Virus record (IMG/VR): IMGVR_UViG_3300035438_000760
Location: 1 to 61,770 of that record
From: a virus
Lineage: Duplodnaviria; Caudoviricetes
Reading direction: 5' to 3' (one strand)
Length of the DNA stretch: 61,770 bases
Shown one piece after another: positions 44,630 to 53,845 of this stretch. The translations under genes and the position numbers were made by a program. How positions within the stretch are numbered: position 1 is the stretch's first letter; each line of letters begins with the position of its first letter. The notes beneath the pieces are model-generated. The model ran no database searches and had not been told where the DNA came from. It was given only the letters and a program-made list of their open reading frames with translations.

Positions 44630-44862
44630 GCGAATGGCTTGTGCTTAAGCCGATCAAGGTCGGTGGAGGCAATTTCATTCAAACTGGTGAACGAGTTCTT
44701 GCTGACAATTGGCGGAATCGTCGCTCTCTTGAATCTGGACGCTATATCCAGAGGATTGAGGTTACGGTTCCGCCTGTTGACAGCGATGCGATCGTTGAAG
44801 ATGTAGTTAAGCCCGTTAAGAAAGTTGGGCGACCGCCGAAGGTTGCTGTAGAGGAAGGTTGA
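44626..44862 (+). CDS. Small head-associated protein
   Basis: Coupled to the major capsid protein; KVGRPPK AT-hook-like tail. Confidence 0.55.
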   Translation: MSEWLVLKPIKVGGGNFIQTGERVLADNWRNRRSLESGRYIQRIEVTVPPVDSDAIVEDVVKPVKKVGRPPKVAVEEG

Positions 44863-44866
44863 TTCA

Positions 44867-45292
44867 ATGACTTGGAGTTACGGAGGCGATCCTGCTAACT
44901 CCATTGTTGATCGGGTCAGGTTTTTGTCAGGTGATACTGACACTACGAACCAGCAGGTAAGTAACGAAGAGATTTCGTTCTTGTTGTCGGAGAATAACTC
45001 TGACGCTTATTTGTCGGCGGCTGGCGTGTGTGAGGCGGCGGCTTCTAAGGCTTCGGGTAAGGCTGATTATTCTCGTAGTGTTGGCGATTTGTCTATTTCT
45101 ACTCAGTATTCGGCGCATGCTAACTCTTTGTTGAAGTTGGCTGAGGTTTTGCGTATGAAGGCTTCTCGTCGTACTCCCCCGTCTGTGAATTTCTATACGG
45201 ATGACAGTGGGAATGTGTTTGGGGCTATGAAGTTTGCTATTGATATGGATCGTAATAATGGTTCTGCTGAGTCTCGGACTGCTGTGGATTGA
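44867..45292 (+). CDS. Head-tail adaptor
   Basis: WSYGGDP...DRVRFL.GDTD...SVGDLSIS. Confidence 0.75.
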   Translation: MTWSYGGDPANSIVDRVRFLSGDTDTTNQQVSNEEISFLLSENNSDAYLSAAGVCEAAASKASGKADYSRSVGDLSISTQYSAHANSLLKLAEVLRMKASRRTPPSVNFYTDDSGNVFGAMKFAIDMDRNNGSAESRTAVD

Positions 45293-45295
45293 TGT

Positions 45296-45625
45296 ATGGC
45301 GTTGGAGACTGCTTTTTTGGAGTTGATGCCTCAGACGGTGACTGTTTATTCTCAGACGGCTAAGACGGAGTATGGGGTTCAGTCGTGGTCGGCTTCGGGG
45401 ACTTCTGTTAATTGTCGTGTGATGGAGACTGGGACTTTGGTGCATGATGCGAATGGTCGTCAGGTGTATGAGACTGGCAAGATCATTTTTTATGGGACTC
45501 CTACGGTGAGTTTGAGTTCTCGGATTGCTTTGCCTGATGGTTCTTTCCCTGTGTTGTTGTCGGTGAATGTTCATAGTGATGAAAATGGGCTTAGTCATAC
45601 CAGTGTCAGTTTTGGTCGTGCCTGA
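45296..45625 (+). CDS. Head closure (stopper) protein
   Basis: Beta-rich 109 aa; position after the adaptor. Confidence 0.65.
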   Translation: MALETAFLELMPQTVTVYSQTAKTEYGVQSWSASGTSVNCRVMETGTLVHDANGRQVYETGKIIFYGTPTVSLSSRIALPDGSFPVLLSVNVHSDENGLSHTSVSFGRA

Positions 45626-46035
45626 TGGCTCGTGTGGGGAATGCGACGATCAGTCTGGTTGGTGAGAATCGGATGATTGAGGCTTTGCGGTATTTGGGTC
45701 CGTCTGGGGCGGTGCCGAAGGTTGGGTCTGCGTTGTATATGGTCGCTAATAAGGTGTTTAATGAGTCTCAGAGGCAGGTGCCGTTTAGGACTGGTGCTTT
45801 GCAGTCGTCTGGGTTTGTGTCGCCGTATTCGTTTGATGGTAAGACGGTTCATGTTCGGATTTCGTATGGTAATACGGCTGTTGCCTATGCTGAGAAGCAA
45901 CACGACATTAACTTTCCGCATGCACCGGGGCGTAAGTGGCATTATTTGAGCGATCCGCTTAACGATAATCGTAAGGATTTTGAGTTGCAGATGAATACTG
46001 CGTTGATGCGACTGTTGAAGAAGGTGATGTACTGA
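45625..46035 (+). CDS. HK97 gp10-like tail completion protein
   Basis: VPFRTGALQSSG...YAEKQH...YL..P. Confidence 0.7.
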   Translation: MARVGNATISLVGENRMIEALRYLGPSGAVPKVGSALYMVANKVFNESQRQVPFRTGALQSSGFVSPYSFDGKTVHVRISYGNTAVAYAEKQHDINFPHAPGRKWHYLSDPLNDNRKDFELQMNTALMRLLKKVMY

Positions 46036-46430
46036 TGGCTGTTTTGGATGCTTTGGGTGCCCGTTTGCAGTCTGCTGGGGTGGGGACTTTGGGTACAAAT
46101 TTGTGGTTGTCGCAGATGCAGTACACCCCTGATGCTTCGGTTGTTTTGATGGAACAACAGGGTGGGGTGGATCATGTCTTTGGTGCTTCGGTAGCGGGGA
46201 CATATAGGCACACTGTGCTGGTTGTGGCTCGTGCTGGGCGTAATGATTACCCGTCAGCCCGTTCTAAGATGCAGAGCGTTCAGGCGAGTCTGGGTGCTAT
46301 TAGAAACGAAACGATTTCGGGGGTTGCTTTTATGTCGGTTTTGGATACTACGGGTCTTTATCCTGCTGGGATGGATGGTGATGAGCGTCCTATGGTCGCT
46401 TGTGAGTTCACTTGTTGGGTGACACCGTGA
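46035..46430 (+). CDS. Tail terminator protein
   Basis: Position; G.D..ERP C-terminal pattern. Confidence 0.65.
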   Translation: MAVLDALGARLQSAGVGTLGTNLWLSQMQYTPDASVVLMEQQGGVDHVFGASVAGTYRHTVLVVARAGRNDYPSARSKMQSVQASLGAIRNETISGVAFMSVLDTTGLYPAGMDGDERPMVACEFTCWVTP

Positions 46431-46645
46431 ACGAGGGCTTGGTGGCGGTGCATAAGGCTTTGTTGGCGGCTCAGGCTTGTTTGGATGCCGCTCAGTCTGC
46501 TTTGGTGGCGGCATTGACGATCCAATCCGACTTTGAGGATGCGACGACTTGCCCGCACCCACCAGATGCTCGGATCAATGTGACAACTATGGGTTCTGAT
46601 TCGGAAAGAGACGAGTTCTGTAATGCCTGCGGAAAAAATATCTGA
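46427..46645 (+). CDS. Small protein with CPH...CNAC
   Basis: GTGA coupling. Confidence 0.5.
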   Translation: MNEGLVAVHKALLAAQACLDAAQSALVAALTIQSDFEDATTCPHPPDARINVTTMGSDSERDEFCNACGKNI

Positions 46646-46790
46646 GCCAGATCCGTATGGTCGCCAGATCCGTCCAGCGGACGAAAACCCTCGCTGTTGG
46701 AGGTGTGCCCGCCTTTTGGCTATCCGTTTGACCCGTCCGTGGCAGGTGATGTGCCCTCGTTGTAAAGCACAAAACAGTCAGGAAACTTGA
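46623..46790 (+). CDS. Mu Com-like zinc-ribbon protein (not in the ORF track)
   Basis: Manual translation MPAEK...PRCWRCARLLA...CPRCKAQN, 55 aa. Confidence 0.6.
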   Translation: MPAEKISEPDPYGRQIRPADENPRCWRCARLLAIRLTRPWQVMCPRCKAQNSQET

Positions 46791-46815
46791 CCTAAACGGA
46801 TTATGACGGTAGGGT
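46787..46815 (+). promoter_or_regulatory. Sigma-A-like promoter for the SLT gene (CTAAAC, inverted GTTTAG, in spacer)
   Basis: TTGACC-N17-TAGGGT, 8 nt before ATG 46824. Confidence 0.5.
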
Positions 46816-46823
46816 TACGACTC

Positions 46824-47369
46824 ATGTTGAGACGGATGCTTGTTTTGTCGGTTTTGTTGGTTGGTTGTGGCAGTTTGAAGGGGGCTGATTCCCCGCCGAC
46901 AACTTCGGCGACGATGCGAACAGATCCTCCTGTGACTGTTCCAGAAACAACTGTGGTGACCCCGACCATCACTACTGTTCCCGTGACTACCACGACTGAG
47001 GTTGATTGGATTGGTGTCGCTGAGACTTGGGCTTTGCAAACCGATGTGGCTCGTTTTGTTCACGGGCGTTGCGGTGAGTGGCATGATCTGGCAATGTCGG
47101 TCGGTTGGCATGAAGACGAATGGGCGACATTAAGCACCGTTCTTTGGACTGAATCACGATGCGATCCTTCTGCTTGGAACGGACATGATGCGGGATTGAG
47201 CCAGATCAATCAGATTCATACGGCATGGTTGGCGGAGATGGGCTTTAAACATCCTGATGACATGTTTGATCCTGCGTTGAATTTGGCGTTTGCTTACAAG
47301 TTGTATTCGTCAAGGGAAGAGAAGGGTCAGTGCGGTTGGAAGCCGTGGACTGAACCCTGCACCGACTAA
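46824..47369 (+). CDS. Secreted/lipoprotein lytic transglycosylase (SLT-like)
   Basis: Signal-like N-terminus with LVGC; Thr-rich linker; TESRC...GLSQIN...DPALN...WKPW. Confidence 0.75.
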   Translation: MLRRMLVLSVLLVGCGSLKGADSPPTTSATMRTDPPVTVPETTVVTPTITTVPVTTTTEVDWIGVAETWALQTDVARFVHGRCGEWHDLAMSVGWHEDEWATLSTVLWTESRCDPSAWNGHDAGLSQINQIHTAWLAEMGFKHPDDMFDPALNLAFAYKLYSSREEKGQCGWKPWTEPCTD

Positions 47370-47497
47370 ACGAGAGTTCAGACGATGCGATGATGGTTGT
47401 GGCGTACACTCAAGTTGTCGTGACCATAGTGTCCCCAGCCCATCCGTGACCTTTGTGTCTAGGGCGCGCTGGGAACGCGCGTCTAAAAGGATTCTTT

Positions 47498-47722
47498 GTG
47501 GCGAAGTACAAGGTGTTAATCGGAATTAATACTCCAAGCAATCGGTTTGAACCCGATGCTTTAGTTGACCACACCTCCATTCCGTCCAAGTCCATCAAAT
47601 GGTTGACCGAACAAAAAGCCATTGAACTTGTTTCTGGTAAAGCACCCGAAGTGGCTGAAGAAGTCATTGAAGAAGCGGTTGAAGAAGTTGTTGACGAGGC
47701 AGTTGAAGAAGGCGGTTTCTGA
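47498..47722 (+). CDS. Small acidic tail-associated protein
   Basis: GTG start; TGATG coupling to the tail tube gene. Confidence 0.55.
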   Translation: MAKYKVLIGINTPSNRFEPDALVDHTSIPSKSIKWLTEQKAIELVSGKAPEVAEEVIEEAVEEVVDEAVEEGGF

Positions 47723-48447
47723 TGGCGTTCGTTCACGGTAAATCAACGGTCGTTCTTTGCAATGCGACGAACATGTCGCCGTATTTGAAGGAAGTTTCGT
47801 CTAACCACGGTGTAGACATGTCGGATGTGACCGCTTTTGGTACTACTGGCACCAAGGCGTACCTACCGGGTTTGAAAGACGGCAAGATTTCGGCTTCTGG
47901 AATGTTTGACGGTGCTACTGGTGCTATTGACTCGGTGTTTCAAGCGGCACTTGGTGCCTCAAGCGTTGTTGAAATATCTGTGTTCCCTGATACCGATGCG
48001 ATAGGTAAGCGTGGGTTCATTGCTGAATGCTGGGAAACCTCATACAACTTGTCTAGTCCCGTTGCTGATGTGGTTCAGGCTTCAGCCGAATTTCAGGCAA
48101 CTGGCGGAGTGGACTATTCGGTCAGCCTTCAGGCTCTCACTACCGTTACCGTTACTGGTAACGGTACGGGTGTAGACAACACCTCATCTACCGCTAATGG
48201 TGGTGTAGGAATGTTGCATGTGACCGCCAATACTGGGAGCGTCACAACCATTATCAAGATCCAGCATTCAGTTGACAACACCACTTTTACTGATCTTGTC
48301 ACTTTTACTTCCGTCCCGACTGTCACAACGACTTCGGAAAGAATCGTGGTTGCTCCGGGAACCACAGTTAACCGTTACCTGCGAGTCATTCGGACTATCT
48401 CTGGAACGGGTTCAATCACCTATCAAACCTCATTCGCACGAAAGTAA
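47722..48447 (+). CDS. Tail tube-like protein 1 with extra C-terminal beta domain
   Basis: MAFVHGK...DVTAFG...KAYLPGLKDG; paralog of the next gene. Confidence 0.7.
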   Translation: MAFVHGKSTVVLCNATNMSPYLKEVSSNHGVDMSDVTAFGTTGTKAYLPGLKDGKISASGMFDGATGAIDSVFQAALGASSVVEISVFPDTDAIGKRGFIAECWETSYNLSSPVADVVQASAEFQATGGVDYSVSLQALTTVTVTGNGTGVDNTSSTANGGVGMLHVTANTGSVTTIIKIQHSVDNTTFTDLVTFTSVPTVTTTSERIVVAPGTTVNRYLRVIRTISGTGSITYQTSFARK

Positions 48448-48456
48448 GGAACCATC

Positions 48457-48876
48457 ATGGCATTTGTACACGGAAAAGCGGCAGTATTTAAACTGGACAA
48501 CTCTGGCGGAACTTTGACCGACCTCAGTTCATACCTCATGGAAATTTCGTTTCCTGAGAGCATTGACACGGCTGATGTAACTGCTTTCAGCCCCGCTGGT
48601 GGTGCTAAGGCATACATCGTCGGTTTGAAAGATGCGAAGATCTCGTTGACTGGCAAGTGGGATTCAGCGTTTGACGCTCTCATTGCCGCTGTTCTCGGTC
48701 AGACTGCTTCGCTTTCATTTGAATACGGTCCTGCTGGTTCAACCGCTGGCTTGGTCAAGTATTCTGGCGAGTCATTCGTGACCGCATACAACATCGGATC
48801 GCCAGTTGGCGATGTCGTTTCCGCTTCGGTGGAATTGCAAGTAACAGGTGCCGTAACCCGCGGTACTTGGTCATAA
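48457..48876 (+). CDS. Major tail (tube) protein
   Basis: MAFVHGK...DVTAF...KAYIVGLKD...SPVGDVV; precedes the chaperones. Confidence 0.8.
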   Translation: MAFVHGKAAVFKLDNSGGTLTDLSSYLMEISFPESIDTADVTAFSPAGGAKAYIVGLKDAKISLTGKWDSAFDALIAAVLGQTASLSFEYGPAGSTAGLVKYSGESFVTAYNIGSPVGDVVSASVELQVTGAVTRGTWS

Positions 48877-48899
48877 TTAACAACCTATAAGGAGCAAAA

Positions 48900-49250
48900 G
48901 TGTCCCTTCGTGACCGAATTTTAGCCGCCAATGACATTGAGTCAAAGGTGTTCCATGTAGCCCAATGGGGTATTGATATTGAATTGCGAACGCTCAGTGC
49001 TTCTGATCGTGCCCAATTGGTCAGTTCCTGTATGAGTGCTGACGGGACGGTTGATATTCAAAAGATGTACCCGTCGCTCATCATTGCGTGTGTTTACGAT
49101 CCCGAAACTGGTGGTCGTGTTTTCTCTATTGAAGACATGGATGCCATTTCAGATAAGTCTGCGTCTGCTGTGGAGTTTGTGGCACAGAAGGCAATGGAAA
49201 TGTCGGGTATGAAGCCTGATGCGATTGATGAAGAGGGAAAAGGCAATTAG
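48900..49250 (+). CDS. Tail assembly chaperone (gpG-like)
   Basis: Between tube and tape measure; ends with slippery G GGA AAA. Confidence 0.8.
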   Translation: MSLRDRILAANDIESKVFHVAQWGIDIELRTLSASDRAQLVSSCMSADGTVDIQKMYPSLIIACVYDPETGGRVFSIEDMDAISDKSASAVEFVAQKAMEMSGMKPDAIDEEGKGN

Positions 49251-49432
49251 CCGATCCTGAATATAGGTATTACTTCGTCCTTTCAGAGCGTTTGGGGCGG
49301 ACAGTTGAAGAGTTGTTGTGGGGATCACCAAATCATCGTCCGTTGAGTTCAGACGAACTGATTGGGTGGGCGGCACATGACAAATTAACTGCGTGGGAGC
49401 GTGAACAAGCGATGGCGAAGGCGAGAAGATAG
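49235..49432 (+). CDS. -1 frameshift extension (gpGT-like)
   Basis: GGGAAAA at 49235-49241; the -1 frame is open to TAG 49432 (LSERLGRTVEELL...ELIGW). Confidence 0.75.
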   Translation, partial: GKRQLADPEYRYYFVLSERLGRTVEELLWGSPNHRPLSSDELIGWAAHDKLTAWEREQAMAKARR

Positions 49433-49435
49433 CAA

Positions 49436-52400
49436 ATGGCTATAACCGTTGACGCTGTACTTGGTGCTGATGTATCTGGCTTTGTCTCAGGAATGGGGCA
49501 GGCTCAACAGGCGTTCTCAAATACTGCTAAAACAATCACTAATGGCACCAATGCGATGGGGTCTAGTCTCCAGAATACGACCAACGCCAGTAACGCTTTT
49601 TCTGAAGCGGCAGTCAAAATGGGTGTCGCTATTGGTGCGGCAGGGTTGGCGTTAGTTAGTTTTAGCCGTAAGTCATTCGCGGTGGCGGCAGATGTTGCCG
49701 AAATGAATGTGGCGATGGAGGCTGTTGGCAAGTCGTCGGGTGTTGGTGGTAAAGCGTTGACGGATGCCGCAACGGCTGTTCGTAAACAGGGTATTGAGAT
49801 GAAGGCATCTCAAGAGATCGCTTTGCTTTTTGTGAAGTCAAACCTTGATTTGGCGGATGCGAGCAAGTTGGCTCGTGTTGCTCAAGACTTTGCCGTGTTG
49901 TCGCAACGAAACTCAACTGATGTCGCTAAAACGCTTGCTTACGCTATTCAGACTGGTAACAGTATGTTGCTTAAGGGTGTGGGTATCACTAAGTACGCTG
50001 GTGAAGCGTATTCGGAGTATGCAACCACTTTGGGCAAGTCGTCTAACAACTTGACTAACTCGGAACGCCAACAAGCGATCTTGAACATGGTTATGGCTGA
50101 GGGAGCCAAGGTTGCTGGTACTTATGAAGCCGCAATGACTGAATCTGGCAAGGTGCTTCGTTCGTTCCCTCGTATTATCAATGACATTCAGTTGGAGTTC
50201 GGCAACCTGTTTTTGGATGGTTTTGGTCCTGTTATTTTGTCGGCGTATTCAACTTTAAAGCAGTTCTCTTTGATGATTCGTGAGGGTGGTGCTTTGCATC
50301 CGATCATCACTGCTTTGACACAATCGTTTACGACTTTGATTTCGCCATTAGAAGGTGTTTTTAAAAACATGAAGCATGCGATGGAAATGTTCCAGACAGG
50401 CAATGTTGATATTAAGGCTGTTTCGGATCGGATAACCGAGTTACTTCCAATGATTACTGCCTTGTCTGTCGGTTTAGGTGCGTTTGCAGGAAAAAAGATT
50501 CTTGGTGATCTTCCAGTTTTTGGAAAACTTTTAGACTCAATGACAAAAAGTATTAGTCCATTAGGGCTTGGTATAGCGACACTTATTTTGATGTCGCCAG
50601 AACTTCGTGCCGTCTTTATGGATCTGTTAAAGAGTTTGGAACCTTTATTGCCCGTGGTCATGGATCTTGGCAAAACCATTATGGATTCCATGAGTCAAGT
50701 AATGACAGCAATCGCCGATGTTGCTCAAGGCACCGAAGGTTCAATAGTTTCCATTCTGACTGGAATGATCAATGCGATCTCAGCAATCAGTGTTGTCGTT
50801 TTGCCTACTGTTAACGGGTTAGCGTCGCTGTTAACTGTTTTGACTGGCAACAAAGTAGCGATGGCGGCGTTGTTGCCGATCATTATGGCTTTTGTTGTTC
50901 AAAAGAAGTTGATGGGTCTTAATGCTGACGGTTCGGCTAAATCTTTGCAACGATTGGTCACGGGCTTCAAAACTTTTGGTGCAAACATACAAGAAAACAT
51001 TAGATATCAAAAGGCTTTAGCACAAGGCAATGGTCTAACAATCACTTCGTTCCAAGCATTAAGGGCGGCGGGTGTCACCACTTTTGTGGCGTTGAAGACA
51101 AGTGTGCAAGCATTTATGACTTCAATTTTACCAATGCTCGCCCTGATGGTTGCTATTCAACTTGTGTTTGCGGCAATCGGTGCGTTTGGTGCTAAACAAA
51201 AAGAGAACGCCGCTCGTACTAAAGAGATGAGTGAGGCTTTGCGTGACAACACGAAAGCGTTGCTTGAAAACAAAGAGGCTCTCCTTGAGGGTGCCGATGG
51301 TTCCGAACTTTTGTCGGACGCTATTTTTAAAACTGGTGAGGATAGTGCAAAACTTGTTAAGGCTTTTGGTCAAATTGGCGAGGTAGCAAGTTTAGATAAA
51401 TTTGCTTCGGCTCACGACAATTTTAAGCAGTTCGCTACAGAAATTTTGATGGCTCATGGTGCTACTGAAAAAGCCGCAAAGTCAATGGCAAGTTATATCA
51501 ACAGTACAGATGATAACGATTTTGCTAATACCCGTTGGCTTGCTATTGAAACTTCTGGTTCTTTTATTGGTGTTGCTAAAGCGTTGGAAGAAATTCAAGA
51601 CCAGATTGAAAAAACTGATTTCACAAAGATGGTTCAGGATCAAGTTGACATGATGATGGGTTCTGGTCAGATCACTACGGGGATGCGACGAGAGGCTCAG
51701 GCTTTGGCTGATGCTGAAGCAGAAATGAACGGTTACGGCGAAGCCGCTAAGGCGGCGGCTTTTGAAAATCATTTGATGGCTCTTGCTACTGATTATGCTC
51801 GGCGAATGCTTAACGGCGAAAGCGAGGCTGTTGAAATAGGTATCAGGCTTCACGGCGAGTTGATGATGAATAAGCGTGAACTGAACAAGTTGAATAAAGA
51901 AGAGCGGGTTGTTGTCAAGTCGTTAACTGAAGCATATTTAGAGTTGCAGGTTGCTAATGGCGGTAATGCTGTTGCGTTAGATGACTATGCGAAGACTGTT
52001 CAGGGTTCGTATCGTGACACGATCTTGTTGTTTAGGGCGAACAGGTCGTTGGCTGGTTCTATTAAGTCGGCTACTGACGAAATTTTGTCGGGTAAGCAAA
52101 CTTGGGATGATTTTAAGAACAGTGCGTATGACATTGGTGATGCGATATTGACTTACAACAAGAATTTGATTGACCAGAAGTTGCCGTTGGATGAGGTTGC
52201 TTCTAAAACTGCTGAGTTTGTTCAGAATATGATTGGTGCTGGTGTTCAGGCTGGTTGGAGTAAGGAAGCGATCAAAGAAGTTGTTGACGCTATGAATTTG
52301 GTGAATGGCACTACGGCTCATCTGTATTTTGATTTGTCGTCGGCTCAGGCGGCGTTGGATACTTTGGCGGCTGTTTATTCGGCGGTCTATCTGATTAGCG

Positions 52401-53845
52401 GTGACGAGGCTGGCATGAAAAAGATGACTGATGCAATGGCTGAGGCTCAGAACGCTGTAAACAGTTTCAATAACAAGAAAGTCAACCCGAAAGGTGGCGG
52501 TGGCGGTTCTAAGAAGGAAGATCCGTTTGCGTGGGTTAAGGGTTGGGTTGACAATCTTGTGTCGTATGCGAACACTGAGATTTCTAGTTCTGCTCTTGCC
52601 GATCTTTTAGGTTTGAATCCTGAGAAGTCCACTGGTGACAAAGTTCGTGGTGTGTTTAAGGATTTGAATGATGAGGCTAAGAAGTTGGGTCTTCAGAACA
52701 TTCCTGCGGTTGCTCAAGCGTTGGAAAAATTGGGTCAGAAGTATGAAGAGTTGGCGAAGATGGCTGAGGCTCGTGATCTTTTGGGCGGTCGTATTGAGGA
52801 AACGAAAACAAAAATTGGTGAGTTGGAGTCATTAGTTTCTGGTTTGGCTGACACTTTGAAGAGCCTTCAGGAAGAGGCTGGCGGTATTGCTGAGGGTTAC
52901 GGTCTGGATATTGTTGGTGCTATTTTGCCGACGAATGGGGCTTTGGAGCAGGCTCGTGCGGCGTTGACTGAGTATCAGCGGTTGGTTGACGAGCGCAACA
53001 CGATCATTCAGAACGCTAAAGACTATGCGATACAAGTAGCGACGAGCATGATGCCTCCGTTGAGTGAATCCAATACGGTTGCTCGTGCTTCAAAGGTTCT
53101 TCGTCAGGCTAAAGAGTTCCGTGACGGCATTATGGAGATGCGAGATCGTGGTTTCCCGAAGGACATGATCGCCGAAGTTATTGGTGCGGGTGTTGTTCAG
53201 GGTGGCAAGTTGGCTCGTGGTTTGTTGGCTATGTCGGCTGGCGATTTGTCTGAGTTGGTTGGTATTCGTTCCCAGATTGCGGATGTGGCTGTTGATACGG
53301 CTACTGCGGCGACGAACATCATGTTTGATCCTGCTCAGATTGAAGCCATGAATACTGCTATTGCTACGCAGGGTCAACTTGTGACGGATCTTTGGAGCGG
53401 TGTTATTGCTACGGCTCAGACGGCGTTAGTAGATGCTCAAACTGAGTTGGCTAATCAAAACACTTTGTTGGCTGATTTGAACACGCAGTTGGCGGATGCG
53501 AACACTGCTATCGCTCGGTTAATTAGTGCTATTCAGGTTGAGTTCCATGATGCCATGTTTGAATTTCTGGCTGGGTTCAATGGTGCTATTGATCGTCTTG
53601 GGACACCTAGTTTGGCTGGTGTAACTCCGTTTGCTAGTGGCGGCATCGTGACTATGCCAACAATTGGTCTGGTGGGCGAGGCTGGGGCTGAGGCAATAAT
53701 TCCTTTGTCGCAATTGGGTTCTATGGGGACAACGAATGTGTATGTGACTGTGCAGGGAACGGTTACTAGCGAAAAGAATCTTGTTGAAACAGTTCGTATT
53801 GGTTTGTTAAAGGCTCAGAAATCTGGAAGAGCGGTAACGATATGA
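49436..53845 (+). CDS. Tape measure protein
   Basis: 1469 aa, Ala-rich helical with hydrophobic segments; FASGGIV...GEAGAEAIIPL near the C-terminus. Confidence 0.92.
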   Translation: MAITVDAVLGADVSGFVSGMGQAQQAFSNTAKTITNGTNAMGSSLQNTTNASNAFSEAAVKMGVAIGAAGLALVSFSRKSFAVAADVAEMNVAMEAVGKSSGVGGKALTDAATAVRKQGIEMKASQEIALLFVKSNLDLADASKLARVAQDFAVLSQRNSTDVAKTLAYAIQTGNSMLLKGVGITKYAGEAYSEYATTLGKSSNNLTNSERQQAILNMVMAEGAKVAGTYEAAMTESGKVLRSFPRIINDIQLEFGNLFLDGFGPVILSAYSTLKQFSLMIREGGALHPIITALTQSFTTLISPLEGVFKNMKHAMEMFQTGNVDIKAVSDRITELLPMITALSVGLGAFAGKKILGDLPVFGKLLDSMTKSISPLGLGIATLILMSPELRAVFMDLLKSLEPLLPVVMDLGKTIMDSMSQVMTAIADVAQGTEGSIVSILTGMINAISAISVVVLPTVNGLASLLTVLTGNKVAMAALLPIIMAFVVQKKLMGLNADGSAKSLQRLVTGFKTFGANIQENIRYQKALAQGNGLTITSFQALRAAGVTTFVALKTSVQAFMTSILPMLALMVAIQLVFAAIGAFGAKQKENAARTKEMSEALRDNTKALLENKEALLEGADGSELLSDAIFKTGEDSAKLVKAFGQIGEVASLDKFASAHDNFKQFATEILMAHGATEKAAKSMASYINSTDDNDFANTRWLAIETSGSFIGVAKALEEIQDQIEKTDFTKMVQDQVDMMMGSGQITTGMRREAQALADAEAEMNGYGEAAKAAAFENHLMALATDYARRMLNGESEAVEIGIRLHGELMMNKRELNKLNKEERVVVKSLTEAYLELQVANGGNAVALDDYAKTVQGSYRDTILLFRANRSLAGSIKSATDEILSGKQTWDDFKNSAYDIGDAILTYNKNLIDQKLPLDEVASKTAEFVQNMIGAGVQAGWSKEAIKEVVDAMNLVNGTTAHLYFDLSSAQAALDTLAAVYSAVYLISGDEAGMKKMTDAMAEAQNAVNSFNNKKVNPKGGGGGSKKEDPFAWVKGWVDNLVSYANTEISSSALADLLGLNPEKSTGDKVRGVFKDLNDEAKKLGLQNIPAVAQALEKLGQKYEELAKMAEARDLLGGRIEETKTKIGELESLVSGLADTLKSLQEEAGGIAEGYGLDIVGAILPTNGALEQARAALTEYQRLVDERNTIIQNAKDYAIQVATSMMPPLSESNTVARASKVLRQAKEFRDGIMEMRDRGFPKDMIAEVIGAGVVQGGKLARGLLAMSAGDLSELVGIRSQIADVAVDTATAATNIMFDPAQIEAMNTAIATQGQLVTDLWSGVIATAQTALVDAQTELANQNTLLADLNTQLADANTAIARLISAIQVEFHDAMFEFLAGFNGAIDRLGTPSLAGVTPFASGGIVTMPTIGLVGEAGAEAIIPLSQLGSMGTTNVYVTVQGTVTSEKNLVETVRIGLLKAQKSGRAVTI

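Noticed and set aside
49235-49241. Slippery GGGAAAA as a novelty
   Set aside because: Standard tail-chaperone -1 frameshift; listed as a feature only
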